From Camelus ferus (Eukaryota): a stretch of DNA of 64,000 nt. The stretch covers positions 84,756,001 to 84,820,000 of the forward strand of contig NC_045696.1 in the NCBI RefSeq assembly GCF_009834535.1, given 5' to 3'. The position numbers were made by a program, and so were the translations under genes. The stretch's first letter is position 1, and the number at the start of each line of letters is the position of its first letter. Below the pieces are notes generated by a model. That model was not told where the DNA came from. It saw nothing but the letters and a program-made list of their open reading frames with translations, and searched no databases. Shown one piece after another: positions 51,061 to 63,897 of this stretch.

Positions 51061-51423
51061 GAAATGACTACCTGTTACAACACGGAGGAAACTTGAAAAC
51101 TTTCTGCTAAATGAAAAAAGTCAATCACAAAAGACCACATATTGTACGATTACTTTAATATAAAATGTCTAGAATAGGCAAATTTATAGAGACAAAGATA
51201 GATTAGTGGTTGCCAAAGGCTGGAGGGTATCAGGTTTGGGGGATGCCAGCTAAGGGGTACAGGATTTATTTCTGGGGTAGTTAAAATGTCCTAAATTTGT
51301 TTGTGGTGATGCTTGCACGATTCTGAATATACTAAGAGCCATTGAACTGTATACTTTAGCTGGATTAATTGTATGGTATGTGAATTACATCTCCATAAAG
51401 CTATTACCAAAAAAAAAAAAAAA
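51061..51423 (+). mobile_element. L1MB-type 3' end with poly(A)
   Basis: CACAAAAGACCACATATTGTA..GAATAGGCAAATTTATAGAGACA..TAGATTAGTGGTTGCC..GTATGGTATGTGAATTACATCTC..AAAGCT, then an A-run. Confidence 0.85.
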
Positions 51424-51530
51424 TTAGCTTGACTGTAGTAATCATTTCACAGTATACTTGCATATCAAATCATCATGTTGTATACCTTATATATATAATT
51501 TCTATTAAAAATAAATTAATTAAAAAATAA
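51422..51530 (+). mobile_element. L1MA 3' end (host element, part 2)
   Basis: AATTAGCTTGACTGTAGTAATCATTTCAC..CATCATGTTGTATACCTTA continues the L1MA consensus interrupted at about 50403. Confidence 0.85.
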
Positions 51531-51569
51531 GAAACAGAGAGGCTCTAAAAATCTGAAGAAGTAGATGAC

Positions 51570-52160
51570 ATTTCTAAACAGCCTAGTAAATTACTCTGGC
51601 AATAACAAGGAGGATGTATCAAAAAGATCAGAGTGCAGAGACCAAGGTATCAGTGAAGAGGCCCTTGCTACAGTTCAACTGTAAGAACTGTAAGGAGATA
51701 AAATCCCAGGGCAGAATCATAAGCATGAAGATGAAGAGGGAAAAAGGAACTGAGATGTAGATTTCAGAAGTCGGAAAGAAAAAGGACCTGGAGGAAAACA
51801 ATGACTAAACGACTACTTTCTTGTTTCAAACTGAGGTGACTGGAAGAATGGCGATGCAGCCAACAGAAACAGAAATAAGAGGAGAGAAGTATTTATTGAA
51901 GAAAGAAATACTTTTCATTTGTGACTCATATTGAGTTTTAAGGGATGGTTAAGTTGCTACCAAGTAGAAATCTGGGTAATGGAGCTTATAAATCAACTGG
52001 AGTAAAATGCAGAGATTTAAACTCTGTAGGCTACAGTGTAAAGATGAAAACTCAGCTTGTGAAAAATGGGTAATTCTGCAAAGGAGAGTAAAGATTGTTC
52101 CAAGAGATGAGTTTTGGAAATAACCACCATTAAGATTCAAGAGAAGGGAAGGTGGATCAA
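51570..52160 (-). mobile_element. L2 LINE relic
   Basis: TTACTCTGGC..GGTGACTGGAAGAATGG..ACAGAAATAAGAGGAG..TATTGAGTTT, antisense L2 motifs; L2-like sequence also at about 49540-49830. Confidence 0.65.
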
Positions 52161-53355
52161 GAAGAAGCTAAATTACCTATGAAACATTGTCTATTATGAG
52201 AACTAATGAAATAGCCCCTGAAATGCCACATTTTTATAGTCAAGCACAGTTTTAAAAGTCAAAGAATAAAAATTAAGTTAACAAATAAATAAATGTCATT
52301 TCATCAAAACCAAATATTGACATTTTAATTATACATGTCTTTCCTCTCCTACCATAAGTCCTGCATATCACACAGTGTATGTGAATTGAACATGGGCTGT
52401 TTGTGAAACTGAGCTTGAATAGTTGGCATGGTTGGCAAAGAGAACCTTATCAGGTAAATTGTGAGTATTGCTTGATATTGTGTTAATTAATTTGAATATT
52501 TGAAACCATATATCTTATCAAAAAATTCACAAGGCTAAGATAGTTTTTCCTTTGCCTGCCTAAAATGTGAGCAATTATTACCATGTGTATTTGTAAATTA
52601 TTTATAGATTATTCATAGAAAGAAATGCTTTCTGCTCTCCCATGCTTCTTCATATATATATTTTTGCTAATTCTTATTTTTTTAGCTTTGTTTGTTTCTA
52701 GGTTCATTTTCTCTTGGTGCTTTTATTTTACCTTATTTTGTTTTATTAATATTATTTTTCAGGGATATTTTAGTTCACAGAATAACATTCTGCTATGTGT
52801 ATTTGTAAAGAAATGAAAACTTTCAGAATCAGAAAAGGCATTTCTGATTTTTTACATTTTTTATCATTTACTTTGTGGAAAACACTGTTTTAAGTGCTTT
52901 ATGTGCACTAATGCTTTATGCACAAGACAATGTTATGAGGTAAGTATTACTGTTACACCAATGTTTTAAACACGAGAAAAATGAGTTCTATGGTGCAGTT
53001 AAATAACCTACCTAAGACTGTGTCTTCATGAAATTTTAGCTGCTTTCTTAAGACTTCTGAGATTTAAGGACAAATTTTTGTTGTTATTATTATTGAGCTG
53101 AGGCCATTAGAAAACCTAGAATGTTGGATTGTTTAGTTTATGGTTTGGTTTGGTTTGGTTTCCCATTCCTAATCTGTACTTTGTGAAATTTGCCATCATT
53201 TTAAGTGTATCTAGCAAGACTACTTATTCATAATTTATTTCTAATTATCTTCTAAGCAGCACCATGACATTTTAGACATCTGACATCAAATTAAATAAAG
53301 TGATTGGAATTTTGTTTTTATAAATCTAAGGTTTGATTTTCTTCTCATGTGAAAC

Positions 53356-53358
<3 letters not shown>

Positions 53359-53390
<32 letters not shown>
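53359..53390. repeat. (GA)16 microsatellite
   Basis: Read directly from sequence. Confidence 0.98.
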
Positions 53391-53393
<3 letters not shown>

Positions 53394-53437
53394 CACTTAT
53401 CACAGTTCATTTTGCTTTTCCCCCCAAGAAACATAAC

Positions 53438-53834
53438 TGTATTAGTTTCCCAGAATACCACAGACTAGATGGTTTACACCACAGAGATTTATTTTCTCAC
53501 AGTTCTGAAGACTGGAAGTTCAAGACAAGGTGTTGATAGGGTTAGTTTCTTCTGAGGCCCTTCTCCTTGGTGAGTATGTAGACAGCTGCCTTCTGGCTGT
53601 GTCCTCACATGATCTTTCCTCTGTTTAAGTGCACCTGTAGGGTCTCTGTGTGCCCAAATTCCCTCTTCCCATAAGGACACCAGTCAGACTGGATTAGGCC
53701 CACACTAACAGCCTCATTTAATCTTAATTACCACTTTAAAGACCTTCTCTACAAATTCAGTCACAGTCTGAGGTACTGGGGTGGTTAGAACTTCAACTTA
53801 CGAATTTAGGGAAGGCATTATTTCATCTATAACA
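53438..53834 (-). mobile_element. MaLR solo LTR (MLT1B-like), near full length
   Basis: TGTATTAGTTTCC..ATTTATTTTCTCACAGTTCTGAAGACTGGAAGTTCAAGA..ATAAGGACACCAGTCAGACTGGATTAGG..CTGAGGTACTGGGG..TATAACA. Confidence 0.92.
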
Positions 53835-54908
53835 TATTATTAATAAATTCATAGAATAAATAATCCATAAGCACTTACCTGGCAAAGATTTTTTAAAGAA
53901 TTGATACATTAGAGAGTAGTTTGATAAAAATGCTAATACTTGGTTACCTTTCTGATACCACATTTAAGTCTTATCACTGCTAGATGTAACCTTGGTCTAA
54001 ACCAAATCTAAAAAGAATTTCTCTGCAATTATAGTCCTGAAGAGAATATCTAGTATGTTTTCTGAGTTTTAATTCTAGATTATTTTAGGATTTGGCAATA
54101 AAGGACTTTTGCAAGTACTTCCTCCATCCTCTATCTCTGTTAGAGGAAGTCTTTAATTTTCCATATAAGTATTGAGAAGAAGTTAAGTGCCTTCTTAGCA
54201 CATATTTTATCTTTGTGAATTTCCTGTGCAGATTACCTCTTATTCCATTGGTTAACTAACTTGTTGTAAGGAAAATACCAATTTCAGCTATTTCTGTGAC
54301 CTTTGTGGTCAAAAAAATCCCCAAAGATCATAAGATCCTCTTTATCTCTCACTTGAATTTTATTCTCCAGTTAAAGGATTCCCCAGCAATTTGCTCAATT
54401 CTCTTTTATCTCCCTTCTCCATTGATTCAGACACTTGGAAACAATGGTTTTCATTCTCTGAGCACTGTATTTCAGGCATCATGCTATTTAACCTTATAAA
54501 TGGAACAACTAGAAGAAAGGCACACTTTTTTCCCCAGTATCTTAAATTTTCAAAATATCTTTAATTATATCTCAGTAGAACTATTTTTAGACAGAAAAGT
54601 ACCAAGACTTCCCCGACATATGAAAAAAGTGTTTCTGAGACTAAAATGTTGACTATTTTTAATAAAAAGCAATCATGATTAAGTAAAAGGCCAGTGACCT
54701 CCTCAATTCTTTTCTTGTTCAGTCATTAATTTAGGCCAGGCTATTATAATCTTCCCTTTAAATTGCTGAATTTATAATCTATAAATATAGATTTATAATT
54801 ATATTGTCATGATCACCAAGACATTATAATTACCTTCTCCAAGCTATTCTCCATACTTCTGTCCTGATAATTTCTATAAAATTATATGAATACATGATAA
54901 TAATATAA

Positions 54909-55500
54909 TGTTGTGGGTTCTGACCAGCAGAAGTCCCACCAAGACGGAATGAATTACTTGAGACTCTGGAAAGTCAAGAGAGTGAGAGGGAGTCAGGGAC
55001 CAACTCCGCGAGCCTCTCAAATACTCCTGCATTTATTGTGCACAATCAAAGGAAAAATCACTAACAGTTGTGTGATGGAATGCAGGAATTTAGGGAAAGA
55101 CAGGATGGCATAGAGATTGTAGAATCCACATTGAGTACAAAGGCTTAGTTTATCTTTAGGGAAGTCATGGGGAGAGGGGAACAAGATACATTCTTTACAT
55201 ATGCTAATTACAAAGCAGACCACCAGACCAGCCAGTTCCTCGTCCTGGGGATATAGACTAAATAGCAGACATGCCCAGCGTTTATAGCTGAGGGCCCGGG
55301 TCTTTGCTTTGCAAAGAGCAAAGAGCTATCTAAAACCTCAACGATGCAAGCCAGGCATTGTCTCTGCTTTTTAGGGCAAGGAGACAGCAGTGCAAATGCA
55401 CAGGTGCCTGTTAGCAAAGCAGTTACTAAGCACATTTGTTCTTCTTAAAGGTGACAAGCAGCTGGGGTCTGCCACAATTTGTTAACCCATGCTCCCAAAA
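54909..55500 (-). mobile_element. Solo ERV LTR (lineage-specific ERV1/ERV2-like)
   Basis: GC-rich block bounded by TGTTG and CAAAA (degenerate CAACA; alternative end GCCACA at 55476). Minus-strand AATAAA at 55032-55037. TSD not evident. Confidence 0.7.
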
Positions 55501-56262
55501 CTCATCTTGGTAGAGGTAATTTTAGAAGATAGTAAAGATATGTCATAATTTATTTTATATTCAAAAGTAGTTTTGAAGAAAGATATCCTTATCCATGGAT
55601 AGGTTGGGAAGGAAGCTTCATAGACAGGGAAACAATATCTCCACACAATTTTGCAACAGTAGCTCTACAGGGGCTGAGTAGAAAGATGAACTATACTACC
55701 AAGCAAAGAGTACGTTTTCTCTAGTCTAATTTCTCAAGAAATTTTCTAACTTGTTCTGATGAGTCAAAATAAAAAGAATCCTAAGTGACTCTTCTTTCAT
55801 CTCAGTAAGATACTTATGGTTAAGCATATTCAGAGAAAAAAGTCCTCAGAAACCAAACTCCCAATTTGAGACTATCACCCCCACTCCAGACAGTTAGATG
55901 CCTAAACACAGTCATCCATATACATCATTTTTTCTCACTTTCCTAAGGGAAAGATTCCAGAGTATCTGAGATGAACAAGTTGAGAGGATCAGTTCTGCTC
56001 AGAGGAGCCTAGCTGGGTCTGCTGGATGCAAGGATTTCTGGATTCTGAGAATAAGACAAAGGCAATAGAAACGCTCTGGAATAAACGTGGAGGTAAGTCA
56101 CACAACATATGAGAGAGCCCTGTCTTTCATCTGTTCTGGGTCTTACCTCAATCTAGTAATGAAACCTATATCTGAATATAAGAACCTTTGGCTTCACAGG
56201 CTTTTATTTTGATTAGTTGATGTTGGTCAAACTCAAAATATTGTGGCCTTAGACTTTATGGA

Positions 56263-56493
56263 GCATTGTTTTAAATTTGTTGTTTGCCACTTATTATGAA
56301 TCACAAAATAACTTTAGTTGGTGAAAAGCCATTATCATTACTTCCAATGAAACAGACTGAAAGAAATAACAAAGTGCAGCATAGGTTGTATGCATAAACA
56401 TACGTTTCAGGGGGGTGGTGTGTGTGTGTACTGTTATGAGGTAGAAAGTGTATTTTTAATATATGCCCAAGTTAAGAGGTTAAAAAGCCACTG
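56263..56493 (+). mobile_element. MER33-like hAT-Charlie DNA transposon
   Basis: CATTGTTTTAAA..TTTAGTTGGT..AAAGTGCAGCA..GTGTGTACTG..TGTATTTTT..AAAAGCCACTG. Confidence 0.7.
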
Positions 56494-58203
56494 CTCTAAA
56501 CATATTGTAAAAGGACAATTATCAGATCTGCTTCTGAACCCATAACCAAAATCCCTTATTTAAAGATTTTATGTAAGTTCTGAATCTCTGAAGAATAACC
56601 AATTTAAGCCTCAATAATCTTTTAACTGAGGCTACAGTAGCCAAGAATAAGCACTTACCATCAGCTATAGCTATACACTTTATTTCCCCATTCCTGAGAA
56701 CTGTTCATATACTAGCCATATCACTTAGAAATAAGTGTGGTTTGGGATGAACGTTGTAGACAGAACTCCCCTCAGAATTCAGCGTTATTAATAGGAAACG
56801 CTCACCTAAATGGATGACTCCAGACAAACTGTGGGGTCATTCAATTGTCAAGATACCACCTAAAGGAGAGAACACTTGAGCCACTGTCTCCCAGATCAGC
56901 CCCTACTTTTGTTGCCAAAAGTAGGAGTTCTTCCAAGAGGAACATATGTTCCTGAATGTTTGGATCAAAATAGAATCTTATGTTTTACTGGCATATTTAC
57001 TTAAATATTTTTAAATGATACTAACATTCGGTAATAGCACAATATTACTGCAAAATTTCCAATAATTTAAGATGTTTTATCTTTTTTTAATTGCACTCTT
57101 ACTAAATAAATATATTTGGCAATTTTTATTATTTCTTCTTCTCTGATCAGTGCAGTCAAATTTTTAAAAGAAAGCCCCTGTATATATTTATAGGGATACA
57201 CGATAGTATTGCTATTATTAAAAGATAAACAAGGGAACAAAAAAAATTAAAACCAGAAATGTATTTTGGAAAAGACACAAGAAGAACATATTTAATCTTA
57301 TGTAGAAACCACTTCATAATTGTGTCCCTATTAAAAAGGATAATCCATTGCTTTAAAAATAAAAGATAACAGAATGAAGTGAAACATGTCTGATAATGCC
57401 TAAGGAGGCATTAAGGGGGTGAGGGCAAGCAACAAGTGATTTTACAGAATTAAAAAATAAATTATTAACACCTAAAACAGAATTAGAACTATTAAAAAAG
57501 AATACAGTAATAAGTTTTAGGAGTCATAAAGAGTTACTAATAAGATAGACCCAGAAAGGGAAAAGAATGTCATGAAGAAGTGAATAAATTATATGTAATA
57601 TAAGTGAACTTTGTTAAAAGGGCTTGTATATGCAATTTCGATAAGTTTTAGCCATAAAATTTACCAAGTAAAACAAACAGATCACCTAAAACATAACCAA
57701 GCAAAATGTAAATTATTTTTGTCTATTTTCCTTAACACTAGATTTCAGAAGACAGAAGACAGAGGAAGATAAAATAGTGAACCCCTAGATTTTTCAAAAC
57801 CAGAAAGTCTAGCAATATGTATGATGGCAAATAAATAAAACAATGACTAAAATAAATAGTCATCCTCTTATAAAAGGAAATAAAAATTGAAATTAAAGAA
57901 ACATATCAAAATAAAGTTACAACTAGGGAACATATGAAGGATGTTGCTTCATCACTTTGGAACAGGAAGGAATACGGGAAGGGAGGAATGAAAGGGACAT
58001 AAAATGCTTGAACTTGGACTCTCAAAATCTCTTTTAAGGTCTTCCAGGATGTCAACTGTTTAAAGCCAGATTTTCTTTCATGGTATTTTCAGGGACTTTT
58101 TTTAAGCTAGAGATTCCCATCACTGGGCACTTCCCACCAACAGCTGTTTTTACCCAAGAGAGTGAGTCCTTGCCCGAAAACAATCTTATTTATTCTTTTA
58201 TCC

Positions 58204-58326
58204 TTTTTTTTTTTTGAGGTATAGTTGATTTATATTATGTAAGTTTCAGGTATACAACATAGTGATTCACAATTTTTAATGGTTATATTTCCATTTATAG
58301 TTATTATAAGATATTGGCTATATTCC
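58204..58326 (-). mobile_element. Short LINE-1 3' tip
   Basis: Poly(T) then GAGGTATAGTTGATTTA..GTTTCAGGTATACAACATAGTGATTCACAATTTTT..ATATTGGCTATATTCC. Confidence 0.85.
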
Positions 58327-60319
58327 AATTTCACATCTATTGTATGTCCATGCCTACATAGAAACTTCAATTTTAAAATATCATTGTAAGAAAAACTAAA
58401 CTGAATGAGAAGAAAAATAGAGTGATGAAGGAACTCAAAACTAAATCAAATAAGGAAATTTTGAAGTTGTGGCATTTTGCTATGAAAAAGATAAATTTGA
58501 GGAAATGATATTCATTTTCAAATATTTGAGGAAATAAAATTGGAGTTGTTTAAATATTGATAAGGAATATAACTATTCCCAGGGAATAAAAACTATGAGA
58601 GAGAAGTTATTCTCAGTGAAACTGAGAACCTTCTGAGAAATGAATGAATAAAAGTTGAATGAATCAACAATTAATGAGTGATTACAAGAAAAACAGTCAT
58701 CCTCATAAATAATAAGATATAAAGGACATGGATTTCTGAGATTGCTTAATTATTCCCTCATAATATTCTTTCTTGTCATAGATTTTAAATAGTCTTAATA
58801 AGTGTGAGGAGGACAAACACTACACACACATTTTCTCACACGTATTGCATCATTTACTATTTAGGATATTTAAGTCTTTAATCCTGCTCAATTTTTTACT
58901 GTATTCACAGCCTTAGAATTTTGCTTGGTGATTTTACAGAAATAACCTTATGAAAATGAATTTCATATTTAAAATGTATTTCACATATTGGAGTCAAGAA
59001 TTTCTCAATAGTCCTTGATTTTTATGTTTTACTGCCTTTGGTTTTCAAAGAAACCCTATTTCAGAAGGCCCAGAAACTACATCCCTATTTCACACTGACT
59101 AGGGTCACACTAGTAAGTCTTTCTGAGTTTTTTTGTTTTTTCCCTCCTCCCTGAAAATAATTAGTAAGACAGAGAACTATCATTTTATATTTAAATATTA
59201 AAAAATATCCACAAAACTAAATGAAAGAAATCTTTATTCTTCACTGCTATTGTTTCACTGTGTGACCATTACTAAAACTACAAGTGTATAGTCCAGGAGG
59301 TCCCAGGATGGTGGACAAATGGACAAAAAAGTCCCCTGGGTTCTTTATTAGTTTTTGCCGTCCTTGAAGTGGTAATCAATAAAAAAGTTTTCTCATAAAA
59401 TAAATTGAATATTTCACCGGTAAAAAGTGATTATCTTCTTTATTCCCATGGCTGACCTTAATAACTCACAAACTCCGTAGGCACTTTGTGATGTCTGTGA
59501 GTTATGAGACTTTCATACTCATGAAAGAAATATAATAATCACCCTTCACTGCGGAGGTATTCTACACCGCTCATATTAAATCAGTGAGAGGCACATGGTT
59601 CCTTTTGATTGCAAGAAGACTGAATAAACATGTCGGGTATCTAGCTAAATTCAGATGTATGACACCTGAGGATCATTGTTTTGAAAAGGGATTTTATGTC
59701 TGCACTGCCAGTAATTTTTTAAAAAGTCAAGACATTTTATTATACTTGAATTAGGAAAATATGACTCAGTATAGCCTATTAAATTTTAGGACAGTTCCTT
59801 GACTTATTTTGTAATTGCTTATTTAAGCATATCACCTTTATCACCTTTGAAAAATACAACTAGAATATTTTAGTCTGTCATCATTATATTTTTATAGAAA
59901 GAGACTTAGTAACTATGTCAACTTCTAATTTTTATCTATCATCTGCAGAGCACCCATTCTGTTATATAAAACCATGCGGATTCCAACAAAATTGATTCCC
60001 TGTCAAAAACAAGGTAACTGCATACACTGCATTAACAAAAATGAGTAGATCAATTGAACTCTCCTGAGAAATATAAATAATATACCTCTCCATACTTACT
60101 GAATAAATAAGCCTAAACAAAGAAGAAAGAAGGATACAATAGGGAAATAACATTTTATATTTTAGAGGTATCAGTCCTTTAAAAATAATAGCATTGTTCT
60201 CATTTCATTTATAAAGAAACTCTGGCTAGAGAATTTTGAATAATTTATTCAAGAATACAAAATTACTTTGGCCTACTGAAAAACTGGAACTGATTATTAA
60301 TTAATTTCACTTTTAATTA

Positions 60320-60662
60320 ACAAATACAAAATTTAAATCTTTTATGGTGTCAGGCTTTAGCACATGTATAGATTTTTGTAATCACCACTACAATCAGGAC
60401 ATAGAATGATCCCATTGCCCCCAGAAACTCCCTTCTGGTGCTTCTTTGAAATCATACCCTCTTTCGACCCCTAACTTCTGGCAATCATTGAATATCTTTT
60501 GTCACTGTAGTTTTGGCTTCTCCAGTATGTCATATAAACGAAATCATAATATGTAATCTTTCGATACTGACTTCTGTCAATCAGCATAATGCCTTTGTAC
60601 TTTTTAAAAATTGAGTTATAGTTGGTTTACAATGTTTCTGGTGTACAGGATAGTGATTCAGT

Positions 60663-60706
<44 letters not shown>

Positions 60707-60885
60707 CATGTATATATATATATATGTATACATATATATTCTTTTCGTATGCTTTTTCATTATAGGCTTTTACAGATGGGGAATATAGTTCCCTTGGCTA
60801 TACATTAGGTCCCTAGCATAACGCCTTTGAATTCATCCATGTTGTTAAGTCTCTCAGTTGTTTCTTCTTTTTAGTTTTGAGTCCA
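60320..60885 (-). mobile_element. L1MB/L1MC-type 3' region (host of a nested L1)
   Basis: GTAATCACCACTACAATCAGGACATAGAA..CCCAGAAACTCCC..CTGGCAATCATTGA..ATGTCATATAAA..ATTCATCCATGTTG. Confidence 0.85.
60598..60814 (-). mobile_element. Cetartiodactyl-type LINE-1 3' tip with (TG)n/(TA)n, nested
   Basis: TTGAGTTATAGTTGGTTTACAATGTTTCTGGTGTACAG..GAATATAGTTCCC..TAGGTCC; 15-bp TSD AGCATAA(T/C)GCCTTTG at 60583-60597 and 60815-60829. Confidence 0.92.
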
Positions 60886-60949
60886 TTATATTCCAGGGAA
60901 AGATCATGAAACCCTCTATAAGAAGTCTGGCTTTTTTTCTGATTGTCAA

Positions 60950-61240
60950 GTTATTTTATCAGAGGTTTGATGTGATCTGAAATATATATATTTGAATTCA
61001 CTCTAGCTCTTCTGTGGAGAGTATACAGGCAAGAACGGAAAAAGGAAGAAAGGTAGAACAGTAAGGAGGCTAGAGCTGTAATCATATGTAAGGAACAGTA
61101 GTGCACTCTGGAGGTACCCATGGTGGATATGAAAACAAAGGAACAAATACAATATACATTTGGATGGTGGGGCTGCAGAATCTGAGGTATGAGAGGAAAA
61201 GAATCAAGTATTCTTTTCTGCTGTCTTAATTTTTGCTGGC
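60950..61240 (-). mobile_element. L2 LINE relic
   Basis: GATGTGATCTGA..TCACTCTAGCT..TGTGGAGA..AGGAGGCTA..GAGAGGAAAAGAATCAAG. Confidence 0.65.
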
Positions 61241-62965
61241 TGTGAGTTTTCTGCAGTTTTAGACACCTCTGTACCACCTTATTCTAACCTATATTTGCTC
61301 TCACTAGCCCTAGTTTTCCACTCAGTGAGCAGAGTAACTGTATAATTGAATTCAGTTACACAACCCAAATGGAATACCACATTTAAGGTGTAGAAAAATG
61401 ATGATCAGTGTTTTCCTTATGCCTTTGCTAATGAAGAACTTAAAATCCACTCAGATATTCAATCACAGTAGAACAGATATTGAAAAGTTGATAGAACATT
61501 TTCAAGTGCACACTTACAGTTAGTCATACCAGACTGTTGAAGAATTAAGTATTTGTTCAAATGTATTTTTGTTTTTAATTTTTACTTGTACTTTCTAACT
61601 TAGACGCATATAGAATTAATGGACTGAGGGACTGACTGTAAATTGAAAATAATACACAACAATCTAATTGATTTCAATTGCATTGTTTACATCTATGTAG
61701 AAATGTTTATTATCTATATATGTATATATGTATGTATCTATTATCTAATAGTTCATACAGAATTTCTTTATCCTCTAAACCTGCAAATTATGTTAACTTT
61801 TTACAATTTTTGTGTGATTATGTCAATTCTGTTCAAATCAAATAAGATCTCTGGTTTACATGCAAATAAAATATTCCATCAAGGGTATGACTCTTACCTT
61901 TTCCAAAGGTTACTAAGGCTTACCTAAGATATATTCTAAGAATTCATTATTTAGTGAAAGTATTATATTTTATACTTAGAAAAAATGATTTCCTAGGATT
62001 AACTCCAGCTATTGAAAGAATTTGTAATTTGGATGCAATTTTAATTAATATGTGTAAATTATTAACAGATTAAGAAAGTAATTAAAATTCATGTTAAATA
62101 TTCTTATTTATGGCTAATATATATGTTCATAACTTTGTAGGACTATATATGCATACATATATACTCATGAACAAAAGAAAATTCAAATATTAATAAATAG
62201 AAAAATAGAATGATTGAAGGAAGGTAGCATAAGGACATGTCTCTGGAATAGGGAATATTTTGTTTTCATGTCTACTTGATCTGCTCTGTTTGTCCTGTAT
62301 CCCACTGGAGTAATCTATTCATCAGGATTAAACATTCATGAGTCCCTAAAAGCAGGTGTTTAGTTTTTCCACCTCTGAATATGGCAGTTCCAAAAAGGCT
62401 TCACAGAAAAAGTGAAGCTTTCATAGGGGAGTGTTTCTTTTTCAAATGTTTAATTAGTTTTCAAGACTCTCACTGAATTTCAATAAAGTTGAGCTATTGA
62501 CCAGAACACCTGCTTGGCTTTGAAGACTACTTTCAGTTTAATTTCAGGCATGCTTGTTCACATTTAAGTAAAATTAAAAATTAAAAATATACCAGTAACA
62601 TTTAAAAATGAAGACTTTATTTCCTCTAGTTCCTTTGGTACATATTGTTATAACATCCACCTACAGTTATTCACTTGATATTAATATGAATATCATAAGA
62701 ATATCTATGGTGTTTTCATTATAATTTAAAATTAATTAAAAGAACTATTAGTTTAAACTGTAATCATTTTCACTCACAATATACAGAAAGACCTTAATAA
62801 TTAGTGTTTTTAAAATTATTATTTATAATACACTACCTAGCATCTTTCTTTTAATTATCATTTCCCTTTAAACTTTATCAAATAATGTACAGTGGAATTA
62901 AAATATTGTAATACTATTAAAAATTTTTATTCAGTCTAGATAAGTATTTTTAAACCTAGAAAATT

Positions 62966-63065
62966 NNNNNNNNNNNNNNNNNNNNNNNNNNNNNNNNNNN
63001 NNNNNNNNNNNNNNNNNNNNNNNNNNNNNNNNNNNNNNNNNNNNNNNNNNNNNNNNNNNNNNNNN
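62966..63065. other. Assembly gap (100 N)
   Basis: Exactly 100 N, a common placeholder for a gap of unknown size. Confidence 0.99.
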
Positions 63066-63826
63066 TAAAGGGATGGGTAATGCTTCTTTCTTTATCAGTG
63101 ATTAGTTTGTGCTACCAATAAATAATTATTGAATTAATTATTAGTATGGTGTTCTAATTTTAAATAAGCAAACACCTATGAAGTATAAATCTATTCAGTA
63201 TTTTATAAACAGCAATTATAAACTTTCTTATGACTTCATATTTCATATAACTTCAGTGTTTTAAAAACAGATATCCAATTTAAATATTGATATTTATAAA
63301 TGCAGATTAAAATGTGGTATCTTTTACCTTTGTCACTTAGCACTTGCTGTAAGATATGATGGATAAGGTCAGGAGACTCAAAGTCTCATTTTGTTTTTTT
63401 CAGTTATTGTTTATATGAGTCTGAGCAGGTATCATTATTTCTTTAATACAAATTCTGCATCTTGCAATGTTGATAAAATACCTGAATTGTCTTTTTCATG
63501 TCTCCCTCCCCCAGTATTGAATATGGTAGTAGTATTAGGCTATATAATGATATCAAAATGCATGTCATTATCAAAATTAGTATTATTGATATACACTTTC
63601 TCATTAGGTCTATGGATAAGTGGAGAAGGGTATCTAACTGCAGTTAAATCCTTTGCAATATCCTTCCAAATGACACTCTTGATTTCAGTCACTCTGCATG
63701 CCATTTCACCTTAGAACATTGCCAGAGTAATCTCACTGTTCATTTTTTATGTTTTTCTTATTGCCAGTAGAAAAAATTCAAAATATCTTACCATTGCAAT
63801 TTGAGCACTTCATAAACTTTCTTCTT

Positions 63827-63897
63827 CTTTTTTTTTTTTTTTTTTTTGAGGTATAGTCAGTTTACAATGTTGTGTCAATTTCTGGTGTACAGCAATT
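63827..63897 (-). mobile_element. Ultra-short LINE-1 3' tip with long poly(A)
   Basis: Poly(T) then GAGGTATAGTCAGTTTACAATGTTGTGTCAATTTCTGGTGTACAGCA; TSD ATA(A/T)ACTTTCTTCTT at 63812-63826 and 63898-63912. Confidence 0.9.
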
